Shown: positions 11,907-22,100 of the stretch, in pieces
Layout: the number at the start of each line of letters is the position of its first letter
Position numbering within the stretch: position 1 is the stretch's first letter
Assembly: GCA_036149055.1 (NCBI GenBank)
Contig: JAYZQJ010000252.1
Location: 1-35,340 of the forward strand
DNA from: Myxococcota bacterium
GTDB taxonomy: Bacteria > Myxococcota_A > Polyangia > Polyangiales > Sandaracinaceae
Length of the DNA stretch: 35,340 nucleotides
Reading direction: 5' to 3'
Notes under the pieces: model-generated
Told to the model about the DNA's origin: nothing
What the model saw: only the letters and a program-made list of their open reading frames with translations
The model's database searches: none
Program-made: the position numbers and the translations under genes

Positions 11907-12499
11907 CGCGCGAGCTTCACCTTGCTCGTGCGGCGGGCCATCGTCTCGCGCCAGACCGGGACGCCGCTGATCTCGAAGAGAGCCAGCGACACCTGACCGT
12001 CGGCCTCGAGCTCCACCACCGCGACCTGCTCCTTCGACAGCGGCCCCGGCGTGAGGAAGTAGCGCGGGCCGAAGCGGCGCAGCTCGGACGCGGCGCTCTT
12101 GCCGTAGGCGATGAGGTTCGCGTTGGCGATGTCCTCCTCGTCGAGCACGGACTTGTCGTTGACGAAGAGGAGGATCCGATCGGCGAGCATCTCGACCGCG
12201 CGGGTGGGCGGGGTCGGCAGCTTGCGCACCTTGGCCAGCTGCTCGACCAGCTCCCGCCGCTCCAGCAGCGCCTCGATCGTGTCGGGCGTGCCCGAGCGCG
12301 CCTGCTCGAGGGCGTCGGCGAGGAACGCCTCGTCCGAGGGATCGGCGCCGACCCAGTCCCGGACGACCGCGTCCACCGTGTCCTCGTCGAGCCCGAGGTA
12401 GACGGCCTGGTCGACCTCCATGTCGTCGAGCAGGAACTCGATCGCCTCGCGCAGCGTCGCGGCGTCGCCGTCCGACGGCCCGAGGAGACCGATGCGCAT
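11903..12499 (-). CDS. Degenerate YfcE-like metallophosphoesterase-fold protein
   Basis: ATG 12499 (TGATG overlap). Block order MRIGLLG / VYLG / LLFVND / IAYGKS / FLTPG mirrors the calcineurin-like fold, but the metal ligands are missing. Confidence 0.6.
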   Translation of the reverse strand: MRIGLLGPSDGDAATLREAIEFLLDDMEVDQAVYLGLDEDTVDAVVRDWVGADPSDEAFLADALEQARSGTPDTIEALLERRELVEQLAKVRKLPTPPTRAVEMLADRILLFVNDKSVLDEEDIANANLIAYGKSAASELRRFGPRYFLTPGPLSKEQVAVVELEADGQVSLALFEISGVPVWRETMARRTSKVKLAR

Positions 12500-15400
12500 C
12501 AGCCGATCCCGGAGCGGCGGCGCGCCTCGAAGTGCGCGTCGCTGATCGCGAACTCGAGCAGCGCGGAGGCCTCGGGGAAGCGGGTCACCAGCGCGAGCCG
12601 CGCCGGGGTGTCGGCCGGGAGCTCGCGCTCCCCGCTGAGCTTCGCGAGGGCGCTGATGCCCGCCGGGGCCGAGCCGCTCGCGAGCAGGCCCACGCGGTTG
12701 CCCCACTCGGACGCCGCCATCGCGAGCCCCGCCGGATCGTAGCCCGGCCGCCCGGCCATCTCGTAGACGAGCGGGCCCAGCTCGTCGCGGACCTTGCGGT
12801 TGACGTGCTTGCTCACCCGGCGAGCCGCCTCCGCGAGGTGCGAGGGATCCACCCCGGCCGGCGCGTGGTGCGGGTCGTAGCTCTGCACGAGGCCGCCGAG
12901 GAGCGCGTTCACCTCGTGGGGCTGGGCCCGCACGACCACCGAGAGCTGCGCCTTGGCGATGCGGAAGGCGCGCGCCAGCACGAAGAGCTTCTCGCGGTCG
13001 TCGGTGATGCCGATCAGCTCGCTCCCGATGAGGAGCGTGCACGGGTTGCTGTGCACCGGGACGCAGACCCGGGGGGCCGCGCTGGTGACGTACAGCTCGT
13101 AGGCGCCGAAGCCGAACCAGCGGCTGACCTCGTTGGCGAGCGGCCGGATGCTGGTGTCGCGCCCGTCCACCTTCTGCGCGCGGTAGGCGGCGACGTCGAA
13201 GGGAAGAGCCTTCTCGAGCGCGTCGCCGGCGAGCTTGAAGACCGCGCGGGTCGGGGCGTTGAGCGCGGGAGGCGCGAGCAGCTCGTCGAGGTCGGACTTC
13301 GCCGCCGCCTGACCGACGCCCTGCGCCGCGCCCCGGGCGTCGACGAGCTTGGACATCTCGACGTCCATCACGCCGACCGCCTGGGCCGCCGAGGCCGCAC
13401 ACGCGGCGGCGTCGGTCTGACCGCGCCACTGCAGGATCTCCACGAGCCCGGGCCACGCGGCCGCGTCGCCCAGGTCGGCCTCGAGCGCGTGTCGGAAGTC
13501 GTTGACCGCGCGCCCGAGGTGCATGGCCAGGGCGTTCGAGGCGCCCTGACGATCGTAGAAGTCGGCGAGCCCCTTGAGCACGCCGAGATCGGTCGGCGCG
13601 TTCTTGCGGGCCTCGTCCAGCACCTGCTCCGCCTTCCGGGCGTCGCCGAGGCGCTCGTGCACCGCCGCGAGCTGCAGGCGGTGGCCGCGGTTGCTGTCCG
13701 GGTCGACGTCGAGCTGCGCGAGCTGCGCGAGCATCTGCGCCGCGTTCTCCAGCTGGCCCTCGCGCTCGTAGAGCTTGGCGAGCCGCTCCATCGCCGGCAC
13801 GTCGCGGGGCAGGAGCTTGAGCACCCGGCGGAACGCGGCCTCGGCGCGCCGCGGATCGGGCATGTGCTGATCGTAGATGTCGCCGAGGGTGAAGAAGACC
13901 CAGCGCAGCTCCTCGCGCTCTTTGCGGATGCGCGCGATGCGGATGAGCACCTCGGCCGCGCCGCGCCAGTCCTCGTCCTCGAGGCAGAGCTCAGCCAGAT
14001 CGCGCAGGGCCTCGATGCGCTCGGGCTCGAGGCCCAGCGCCGAGCGGAGCGACGCCTTGGCGCCGGTCACGTCGGAGATGGACTTGCGCAGCTCGGCTTG
14101 CTCCAGGTAGAGCGCCACCAGCTCCGCGGGCTCGCCGCCGGCCGAGATCCGCGCGCCCAGCAGCTGGGCGAGGCGCTCCCGGTCCCCGGCCGTCTCCAGG
14201 ATGCCCTGGAGGCGGGTGAAGACGTCGCCGTGGGTGACGTCCCGCTCGCTCGCGAGCTCGAGGGCCGCGCGGGCTCGCGCCGCGTCCCCGACCTTCTCGT
14301 CCCAGAGCTTCGCCGCCTCGTCGAGCAGCGCCGCCGCGCGCCCGCGCACCTCGGTGGCCTTGGCCGCCGCCTCGAGGGCCTCCGCCGCCGCCGCGTCGTC
14401 ACCTCGCGCCACGCACGCGCGGGCCAGCGCCTCGGCGGCCGTCGGGTGCTGGGGAGACGACTGCACGGCCTCGCGCAGGATGGACTCCTTGGTCTCCGCG
14501 TCCGAGGTGAGCTCGGCCGCCCGGACCCGCGCCGAGGCGCGCTCGTCGGGGGAGGAGAGGGCGCTGGCGAGGGCCGCCGCCGCCTTCCGCGCCAGCCCCG
14601 CCTCGCCGCGCTCCCGGGCCGCCGCGAGGACCCGCGGGGCCAGCCACAGATCGAGCTCGGCGCGCTTGCCGGCCTCGATCAGCACGTCGTCCGCCGACTC
14701 GCCGGGGGCCTCGGCGTCCGCGTAGGCGAGCCGCCGCGCGAGGCGGAGGTGGGCGGTGACGTCGGCGCCGCCCTGCACGTGAAGCGCGAGCGCCTCGGTG
14801 ACCCGGCCGAGATCCTCGAGCCGGCCGTGCTCGGCGAAGTAGCGGAAGAGCGCGCGCAGGCTGGGCAGGTGCCCCGGCGCGGTCTCCAGGATCGACTGCA
14901 GCGACAGCACGGCGCTCGCCGGGTCGTTCCGCTCGAGCCGATCGAGCTCGGCGAGGCGCTCCAGCGCGAACACCCGCGCCTCGTCGTCCGCCGCCTCCTT
15001 CACCGCGGCGAAGCGGCGCTCGGCGACCCGGGCCACCGCGCCGGCCGCGATCTCCACTCGGTCGAGCGCGACGCGCACGATGGGATCGTCGGCGTGCTCG
15101 GTCGCGACCGCCTTCAGCTGCTCGGCCGCGGCGGCGGGATCGCCGGCGTCCTCGTAGGCGGCCGCCGCCTGGAGGCGGTAGACGCGGGCCAGCTCGGCGG
15201 GCGCGGACGCCGCCGACTCGGTCAGCATCGCCGCGCGCTCGGCCGGGGAGGTCGAGCCGGCGAGCCGCATGAGCAGGCTCTGGAGCACGCCGTCGCCCGG
15301 CGCGAGCTGACGGGCGCGATCGAGCAGCGCGCCGGCCCCCGAGGGATCGGCGTCCGCCCGGAGCAGCGCGCCCCGCACGAGGTGGCTGGCCGCGTCGGTG

Positions 15401-18400
15401 GGATCGACGGCCGCCTCCGCGAGCTGCTCGTGCGCCTCGCCGAGGGTCAGCGGGTCTCCGAGCTCGACCGCGAGCGGCTTGAGCGCCCAGGCGGCCGGGC
15501 CGTAGCCCGAGACCGCGTCGAGCGCGCGCCGGAAGGCGCCGAGGGCGTCGCCGCCCGCCGTGGTGAGGATCCGGCCGGCCTGGGTGGCGCAGAACGCGGA
15601 GCGCGCGCCGTCCGACACCGAGGCCTCCTCCATCCAGAGGGCCGCCGCCGCGGTCGCGTCGCGCTGCAGGGCGAGCCGCCCGAGCGGGCGGAGCGCCAGC
15701 GGATCCCCGGACGCGACCTGTCGCGCCTCCTCGAGCAGGGCGTAGGCCGCCTCGAGATCCTCCCGGCCCACCGCGCGCTCGGTCAGCGCGAGGAGGGACC
15801 CGGCGCGCTGCTCCGGCGGGACCCGATCGGCCTGTCGGCGCAGGCCGAGGTCGATCGCCGCGTCGTCGCCGTCGTTGGCGGCCGCGTCGAGGGTGAGCAC
15901 GTCGACGCTCACCAGCGCGACGCCGTCCTGGCTCGCCTGGGCGAGCAGCTCTCGCTCCCGCGCCACCGCGCCGCGATCGCGCGCGACGCGGGCGGCGGAG
16001 GCGAGCGCGCCGCCGGACTGGGTGGCGTCCACGAGCCGCGAGACGTCGCCGCTGCGCCGCGCGATCACCTCGCGCACCACGCGGATGGTGCCGAGGCTGC
16101 CGTCGGCCAGCGCGGCGTCCCGGAGGGCGGCGTCGGCGCCGTCGAGGTCGCCGGCGGCCGCCTTCACCTCGGCCATGCGCACGAGCGCGAGCGCGCGGTC
16201 GGTGCCGCCGGCCGCCCCCGACCACGCCTCGAGGGCCTCGCGCTCGAGCTCGCGATCTCCCGTCGCCGCGGCCGCGTCGGCGCGCGCCTGGAGCGGGACC
16301 ACGCCGGTGGCCTGCCCGAGCAATCGCACGCCGAGCTGCGGGTCGTTCGCGAGCCGCGTCGCGACCCGGCTCGCGCGGGTGAGCACGGCCTCACCGAGGG
16401 ATCCGCCGCAGTAGGCCGCGAGGGTGGCGAGCGCCTCGACCGTGCCCCGCGGGTCCGAGTCGGCGCGGCTCCCGGCGCGCGCCCGGCCGAACCAGGCGTC
16501 GAGCGCCTCGGGATCGACCTCGTTCGCCCACGCGAAGATCTCGCGCGCGCCGGCCTCGTCGCCGGCCCGCTCGAGGGCCCGCGCCTCTTCGACCGCGAGC
16601 GCCGCGCGCCCGTCGGGATCGTCCCAGACGTCGCGCGCGGCGGCGAAGGGCTGGACCGCCTCGCGGGTCTTGCCCTGTCGCCAGCGCGCCTCGGCCAGCA
16701 GGATCGTCGCCGTCACCGAGAGCGGCTGCGCCTCCAGCGCCTTCGAGGCCGCGGCCTCCGCTCCCTCCGGGTCCTCGAGCCGGCCGAGCTTCAGCTCGGC
16801 GAGCCCCGTCCACGCGAGCGCGCGCTCCCAGGCGGACAGCGGCAGCGCCGCCTCCTTCTCGAACGACGCGGCGACCTCGTCCCAGGCCTCGCGCAGGACG
16901 GCGTCGCGCCGGAGCGCCCGCAGGGCGACCACGTCGCTGGGATCGGCCTCGAGCGCCGCGCGGTAGCCGTCGCGGGCGTCCTCTCCTTCGCCGAGCTGCT
17001 CGGCGAGCTCGGCCGCGCCGACGAGGAGGCGCGCCCGCACCGGGCCCTCCTTGCTCTCCGCCAGATCGCGCAGGAGCCGCATGCGGAGGCGCATCGCCTC
17101 TGGGCCGTCCCCGACCATCGGGAAGCTCTCCTGACGGGGCTTGCGGGAGCGCACCGAGCGTCGGGCGGCCAGCGCCCCGCGGTCCGGCGCGGCGGCTGCG
17201 GCCTCCTGCTCGGCCGCCTCGGCGGCTTCGATCTCCGCCCACTCCTCGTCGTCGAGCTCTCCGGCCTCGGCGAGCTCGGCCCACTCCTCGTCGTCGACCT
17301 CGCCGGACTCGACCACGAGCTCGTCCTCGTCGTCGTCCGCTTCGGCGACGGCGATGGCGGGCTCGTCGTCCTCTTCCTCTTCGGTCTCGGCGACGGCGAT
17401 GGCGGGCTCGTCGTCCTCCGGCTCGTCCTGCGGGGGCTCCCCGAGCTCGAGCTCGGGCGCCTCGACCGCGGGGGCCTCGACCGCGTCGTCGCTCGGGAGC
17501 GGCGGGGGCGGGATCTCCGACTCGATGAGCGCGTCGAGCTCGGCCAGGCCCATGTCGAGCTCGGCCGACTCGAAGGCCGGCTTGCGCGGCCCGGTCGGGG
17601 TGGGCGGCGTCTGCGCCGCCGCGATCTCCTCTTCCTCCGCGTCATCCTTCGCCGCGTCGTCCTTCGCGGCCGGCGTCGGCTCGGCCTCGGGCACCGGGGT
17701 GGGGCGCTCCGCGGTCGGCGCCTCCGCCGTCGGCAGGGGCGGGGGCACGGGCTCGGCGGCGGGGAGCCCGGCCGCGGGGAGTCCGGCCGCGGGGAGTCCG
17801 GCCGCGGGGAGTGGAGTGACGCGCTCGGGCGTCGCCGGCTCGGTCTCCTCTGCCGTGAGCTCGGAGGGCAGATCGCCGGGCGGTGTGGGGGGCGGCGCGG
17901 GGGGCGCGATCGCCGGCTTCTTCGGCTGTCCGGGGCGCGGCAGGCCGAGCTTGCCCGGCGTCGGCAGCTTGGGCGGGAGGCCGGGCTTCGGGAAGCCCCC
18001 CGGTCGCGGGATGCCCTTCGGCTTCGGGATGCCGCCCGGTCGCGGGATGCCGGGCTTCGGGATCGTCGGCTTCGCGCCCGGCTTGGTGAGGCCCGGCTTC
18101 GGGATGCGGGGCTTCAGGAGCGACGGCTTCGGGATCGAGGGCGCGCGGAACGCGGGCTTGGCCGCGCCTGCCGCGCCGGCCTCCGGCGGTCGGGTGGGCC
18201 GGGTGCCCGCCTCGTCCGCGCCGGCCGCCGGCGGCTTCGTGGGGCGCTCCCCCGCGTCGGCCTCCGCCTCCTCCGCGATGGCGGACAGGTCGGCCATGCG
18301 GGTGCGCGGCTCCGGCTCTTCCTCCGCCTCCTCGTTCGCCTCCTGGGGCTCCTCGGGGGGCGCGCTCTGCCGCGCGACCTCCGAGAGGTCGGCCATGCGC

Positions 18401-19155
18401 GTGCGGGCCGCGCCCTCGTCGAAGTCCTGGCCGTCGCCCGGCGCGCCGAAGGGGTCGAAGCCCTCCTCGGCGTCCTTCTCGAGCGCGGGCTCGCCGAAGA
18501 AGGCCTCCTCGGGCGTGGCCGGAGGCGGCGGGGCGCTGCCGAAGAACTCCGCCTCGGCGTCGGTGCCGGCCAGGGGGCGCTCGGGCGCGGGGGTGGACGG
18601 TCGGCGCGGGGTCGGCGCGCGCACGTCGGACGGGTAGGCGCGCGTCTCCTCGTCGAGGCCGTCGAGGAGCCCGTCGAGGTCGAGGTCGACCGGGGGCGGC
18701 GCGGCGCGGGCGGGGGCGGGCTCGCGCTCCGGCGCCCGTCCGGCGGGCTTGCGACCCGAGATGGGCAGGGGCGGCGGCGGCTTGGTGGGCTGCGCGCCAC
18801 GCTCCTCGTCGGCCGCGTCCTTCCCCACCAGCGAGTTGATCAGCTCCTGCGGGATCGACGCGATGCGCGTCGACTCCATCTCCTCGTCGTCCTCTTCGTC
18901 GAGGCCGGGGAAGTCGTCGAGGTTCACCGGCTTCGGCGGGGGCGGCGCGGGGGCTCGCGGCGACCGCTTCGCGAAGGTGTCGTCGGGCGACGGCGGGCGG
19001 TAGAGGGCGCGCGAGGGCTCGCTCGTCTGCGGCAGCGGCGGCGCCTTCGCCTCGGCGCTGTCGTCGAGCTCCGTCTCCCAGTCCGCGAGCGCGTCGTCCC
19101 ACTCGAGCTCGTCGAGCTCGATCTCGCCAGGCGACTTGTCGTCGTTCTCGCTCAT
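12499..19155 (-). CDS. Giant (2218 aa) TPR protein with long disordered N-terminus and C-terminal M48-like domain
   Basis: ATG 19155 (ATGA overlap); about 660 aa acidic/Pro-rich region, then TPR helices (e.g. YRAALEADPSD, FRRVLKLLPRD), ending WGNRVGLLASG..LLEFAIS. Confidence 0.85.
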   Translation of the reverse strand: MSENDDKSPGEIELDELEWDDALADWETELDDSAEAKAPPLPQTSEPSRALYRPPSPDDTFAKRSPRAPAPPPPKPVNLDDFPGLDEEDDEEMESTRIASIPQELINSLVGKDAADEERGAQPTKPPPPLPISGRKPAGRAPEREPAPARAAPPPVDLDLDGLLDGLDEETRAYPSDVRAPTPRRPSTPAPERPLAGTDAEAEFFGSAPPPPATPEEAFFGEPALEKDAEEGFDPFGAPGDGQDFDEGAARTRMADLSEVARQSAPPEEPQEANEEAEEEPEPRTRMADLSAIAEEAEADAGERPTKPPAAGADEAGTRPTRPPEAGAAGAAKPAFRAPSIPKPSLLKPRIPKPGLTKPGAKPTIPKPGIPRPGGIPKPKGIPRPGGFPKPGLPPKLPTPGKLGLPRPGQPKKPAIAPPAPPPTPPGDLPSELTAEETEPATPERVTPLPAAGLPAAGLPAAGLPAAEPVPPPLPTAEAPTAERPTPVPEAEPTPAAKDDAAKDDAEEEEIAAAQTPPTPTGPRKPAFESAELDMGLAELDALIESEIPPPPLPSDDAVEAPAVEAPELELGEPPQDEPEDDEPAIAVAETEEEEDDEPAIAVAEADDDEDELVVESGEVDDEEWAELAEAGELDDEEWAEIEAAEAAEQEAAAAAPDRGALAARRSVRSRKPRQESFPMVGDGPEAMRLRMRLLRDLAESKEGPVRARLLVGAAELAEQLGEGEDARDGYRAALEADPSDVVALRALRRDAVLREAWDEVAASFEKEAALPLSAWERALAWTGLAELKLGRLEDPEGAEAAASKALEAQPLSVTATILLAEARWRQGKTREAVQPFAAARDVWDDPDGRAALAVEEARALERAGDEAGAREIFAWANEVDPEALDAWFGRARAGSRADSDPRGTVEALATLAAYCGGSLGEAVLTRASRVATRLANDPQLGVRLLGQATGVVPLQARADAAAATGDRELEREALEAWSGAAGGTDRALALVRMAEVKAAAGDLDGADAALRDAALADGSLGTIRVVREVIARRSGDVSRLVDATQSGGALASAARVARDRGAVARERELLAQASQDGVALVSVDVLTLDAAANDGDDAAIDLGLRRQADRVPPEQRAGSLLALTERAVGREDLEAAYALLEEARQVASGDPLALRPLGRLALQRDATAAAALWMEEASVSDGARSAFCATQAGRILTTAGGDALGAFRRALDAVSGYGPAAWALKPLAVELGDPLTLGEAHEQLAEAAVDPTDAASHLVRGALLRADADPSGAGALLDRARQLAPGDGVLQSLLMRLAGSTSPAERAAMLTESAASAPAELARVYRLQAAAAYEDAGDPAAAAEQLKAVATEHADDPIVRVALDRVEIAAGAVARVAERRFAAVKEAADDEARVFALERLAELDRLERNDPASAVLSLQSILETAPGHLPSLRALFRYFAEHGRLEDLGRVTEALALHVQGGADVTAHLRLARRLAYADAEAPGESADDVLIEAGKRAELDLWLAPRVLAAARERGEAGLARKAAAALASALSSPDERASARVRAAELTSDAETKESILREAVQSSPQHPTAAEALARACVARGDDAAAAEALEAAAKATEVRGRAAALLDEAAKLWDEKVGDAARARAALELASERDVTHGDVFTRLQGILETAGDRERLAQLLGARISAGGEPAELVALYLEQAELRKSISDVTGAKASLRSALGLEPERIEALRDLAELCLEDEDWRGAAEVLIRIARIRKEREELRWVFFTLGDIYDQHMPDPRRAEAAFRRVLKLLPRDVPAMERLAKLYEREGQLENAAQMLAQLAQLDVDPDSNRGHRLQLAAVHERLGDARKAEQVLDEARKNAPTDLGVLKGLADFYDRQGASNALAMHLGRAVNDFRHALEADLGDAAAWPGLVEILQWRGQTDAAACAASAAQAVGVMDVEMSKLVDARGAAQGVGQAAAKSDLDELLAPPALNAPTRAVFKLAGDALEKALPFDVAAYRAQKVDGRDTSIRPLANEVSRWFGFGAYELYVTSAAPRVCVPVHSNPCTLLIGSELIGITDDREKLFVLARAFRIAKAQLSVVVRAQPHEVNALLGGLVQSYDPHHAPAGVDPSHLAEAARRVSKHVNRKVRDELGPLVYEMAGRPGYDPAGLAMAASEWGNRVGLLASGSAPAGISALAKLSGERELPADTPARLALVTRFPEASALLEFAISDAHFEARRRSGIG
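17768..17812. repeat. In-frame 15-bp tandem repeat x3 (LPAAG)
   Basis: CCGGCCGCGGGGAGT in three perfect copies, plus an adjacent partial copy. Confidence 0.85.
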
Positions 19156-22100
19156 TCGGCCAGACCCAGCTTCTTTCGGAGACCCAGCGTCACGGGCGAC
19201 AGCCAGAAGAGGAGGAGCTCGCGCGCGTCGATCGACGACGTGACGCCCTCCCGCGTCGGCGGTCGGCCGAGCACGCGTGTCAGTGCGGTGTGCAGATCGT
19301 TGGAGGCGAGCAGGCCGGCGCGCTGCGCGGTCCGGGTGAGCCGCCGGGCCCACTCGTCGACCCGCTGGCCTCCCTCGAGCGAGGCCAGCTTCTCGGGCAG
19401 CGACTTGCGCACCCGGCGCGGCATGGCCTTGTAGATGCGGCGCGTCGTCTCCTCGAGATCGCGCCCGGCTCCGGCCTGGAGCGGCGCCTCGGCGGCCGCC
19501 GCCGCCGCGAAGATCGCGAGCGCCGCGCCCTCGGCGCCGCGCCGGACGAAGGGGGCCACGCCCATGCGCACGCCCGCGGCGAGGTAGCCGAAGGTGTAGC
19601 GTCGATCCGGCGTCAGCGGAGGGGCGACCTGGCCACCCGCGGTCCAGCTGAGGTGGCCCTTGTAGTGCGGCATCACGTCGAGGCGCGCCGGGTCGTCGCC
19701 GCCGCGGTAGAGCTCGGCGGCCGGCAGCCCGAACACCGCGCCGAGCGAGCCGAGCTCGGTCTTGAGCGGGTCGTCGCCCTTCACGAGGTCGCCGCGCCCG
19801 AGGCCGAAGCCCGAGGGCTCGAGCCCGTCCATCTCGGCGGCGCTCTCCGAGAGCAGCCGGGCGAGCTGGAGCACGTCGCCGCCGTCGCCGCGCACCCGGA
19901 TCGCGTCCAGCTCCTCGGCGCTGAGCGTGCCTCGGGCGGCCCGCGCGAAGTGCTGCGTGTGCTCGGCGTACGCCTCGCGCTCCGCCTCGTCCGCCTCGCC
20001 GAGCACGACGAGCGCCGCGAGCAGCGTCGCGTCGAACCCGCGGTCGTCTCGCCACGCGGCCGCGCGTCGCAGCTTGCGGAGGATCTGCGGTTCCGTCGGG
20101 TCGTCGTCGAGCAGCACCCGGAGCGCCTGCTCGAAGCGCTGGCTCGCCTCCACCCGCTCGGGGCCGTCGAGCAGCATCGCGAGCGCCTCGCCCGCCTCGA
20201 GGTCGGTCGGCGACGCCGCGAGGGCGCGCTCGTAGGCCTGCACCGCCGCGTCCCGATCGAGCCGCTCCTCCGCGTGGATGGCGCCCGCGCGCCGCTCCAG
20301 GCGGGCCACCGCCTTGGCGGAGCTGGCGTGCTCGACCGCGTGGGCCAGCGCCGTCACCGCGTCGTCGTGGCGGTCGATCTTCACCGCGACGTCGGCCATG
20401 CGCTCGTAGATCTCCCGGTCCGCCAGGCCGATCTCGTGCAGCGCGTTCAGCTCGTCGAGCGCGCCCGCGGCGTCGTCGAGCTTCTTCTCGAGGAAGTCCG
20501 CCGCCCCGAGCCGCGCGATGCGGCGCTGGCTGTCGGGCACGTCCGGCGCGGCCGCGAGGCTCTGGAGCGCGTGCACCGCGCCGCCGAAGTTCTCCTGCTG
20601 CACCTGCAGCTCCACCAGCAGCGCGAGGCCGCCGACGTGGTCGCCGTCGAGCATCAGGAGGTTGTCGAGCGCGGAGAGCGCCTCCTCGCGCAGCCCCACC
20701 GAGCGCAGCAGCCGCGCCTGCTCGTAGAAGAGCTTCACGAGCTCGGACGGGTCGTCGACCAGCTCGATCCGGTTGCTCACCAGCTCGAGCAGGCCCGCGT
20801 CGTCGTCCCGCTCGGCGAGCAGATCGTGCAGCCGCCCGTAGGCGATGGGCCGCCGCGCGTCGATCGCGAGGATGCGGCGGAGCCGGCGCTCGGCGCGCGC
20901 GTCCTGCCCGAGCTCGTCCATGAGGGTCGCGGCCGACTCCTCGAGGAGCAGCATCCGCAGCTCGTCGTCGGTGACGATGTGCGCCAGCCGATCGCACGCC
21001 TCGACCAGGGGCTCCCAGGCCTCGCACTCCCGGGCCGCGACCCGGATGGCCTCCCAGCTCGCGAGGTCCTCCGGCTCGCTCACCGCGACCTTGAGGAGGA
21101 CCCCGAGGGCCTCGCGCGGCTGCCCGGCGGCGGCGAGCGCGCGCCCGTGCGCCGAGGACAGGGTGGGCCCGGCGGCGGCGTGCGTGGTCCAGGTGCCGAG
21201 CGCGGTCGCGCGGCCCTCCGGGTCGTCTCCGGCGCCGAGGGCCTCGTCCATCGCCACCGCGGCGGCGAGGGACTCGGGGGCCTCGCCGAGCACCTCGTGC
21301 GCGAGGATCACCGCGTCGTCGAGGGCGTCCTCGCCCGCGTTGAAGACCTGCCCTCGCAGGGCGTGCAGCAGCAGCTCCGCGGCCACCTCGGGATCGTCGG
21401 TGGCGCGCCCGAGGGCGAGCCAGGCGTCGGCCCGCTCCGCGGCGCGCTTCGGGTCGGTCGCGAGCAGCTGGAGGCGCCCGAGGGGGCTCCAGCGGTCGGA
21501 GGGCGCCCGCTCGGCGAGCTCGTCGAGCAGCTCCTCGGCCCGCGCGAGATCGAGGTGGCCGTCGAGGGCGACGCCGGCCGCCTCCCGCAGGATGCCGCGG
21601 CGGGCCTCGTCGCTGGCGTGCGCGAGCATGCGGGAGAGGCCCATCAAGCGCGCCTCGCGGTCGCCTTCCGTCGCCGGGAGGAGCGCGAGATCGACCGCGG
21701 CGTGCAGCCCGACGGTCTCGCTCTCGAGCGCGGTCCGGAGCGGCGCCTCGGCCCGCTCCGGCTGGCCGCCGAAGAGGTCGTAGTGCTCGCCGAGCGCGAG
21801 GGTGTGTCGCCCCGGCTCGCCGGCCGCGATCTCGCGCTCGCTCAGCGCCTCGAGCGCCGCGAGCAGCATCGCCTGGTCGCCCCGCCCCTCGGCGAGGCGC
21901 CGCTTGGCGAGCACGGGCGCGAGGGAGGTCGGGTCGCGCTGCGCGGCCTCGTCGTAGGCCTGCGCCGCGTCCTCGAAGCGGTCGGCGGCCTCGGCGGCCG
22001 CGCCCGCGAGCAGGAGCCGGGTCTCGGCCGCCCGCGGCGCGTCGGCCTTCTCGGCCGCCTCGCGGAGCAGGCGGACCAGCTCGTCGGCGTCGCCACGTGC

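Noticed and set aside
12532..19434. 2300-aa + strand ORF and other long antisense ORFs
   Set aside because: Antisense mirrors of real genes, with no domain motifs.
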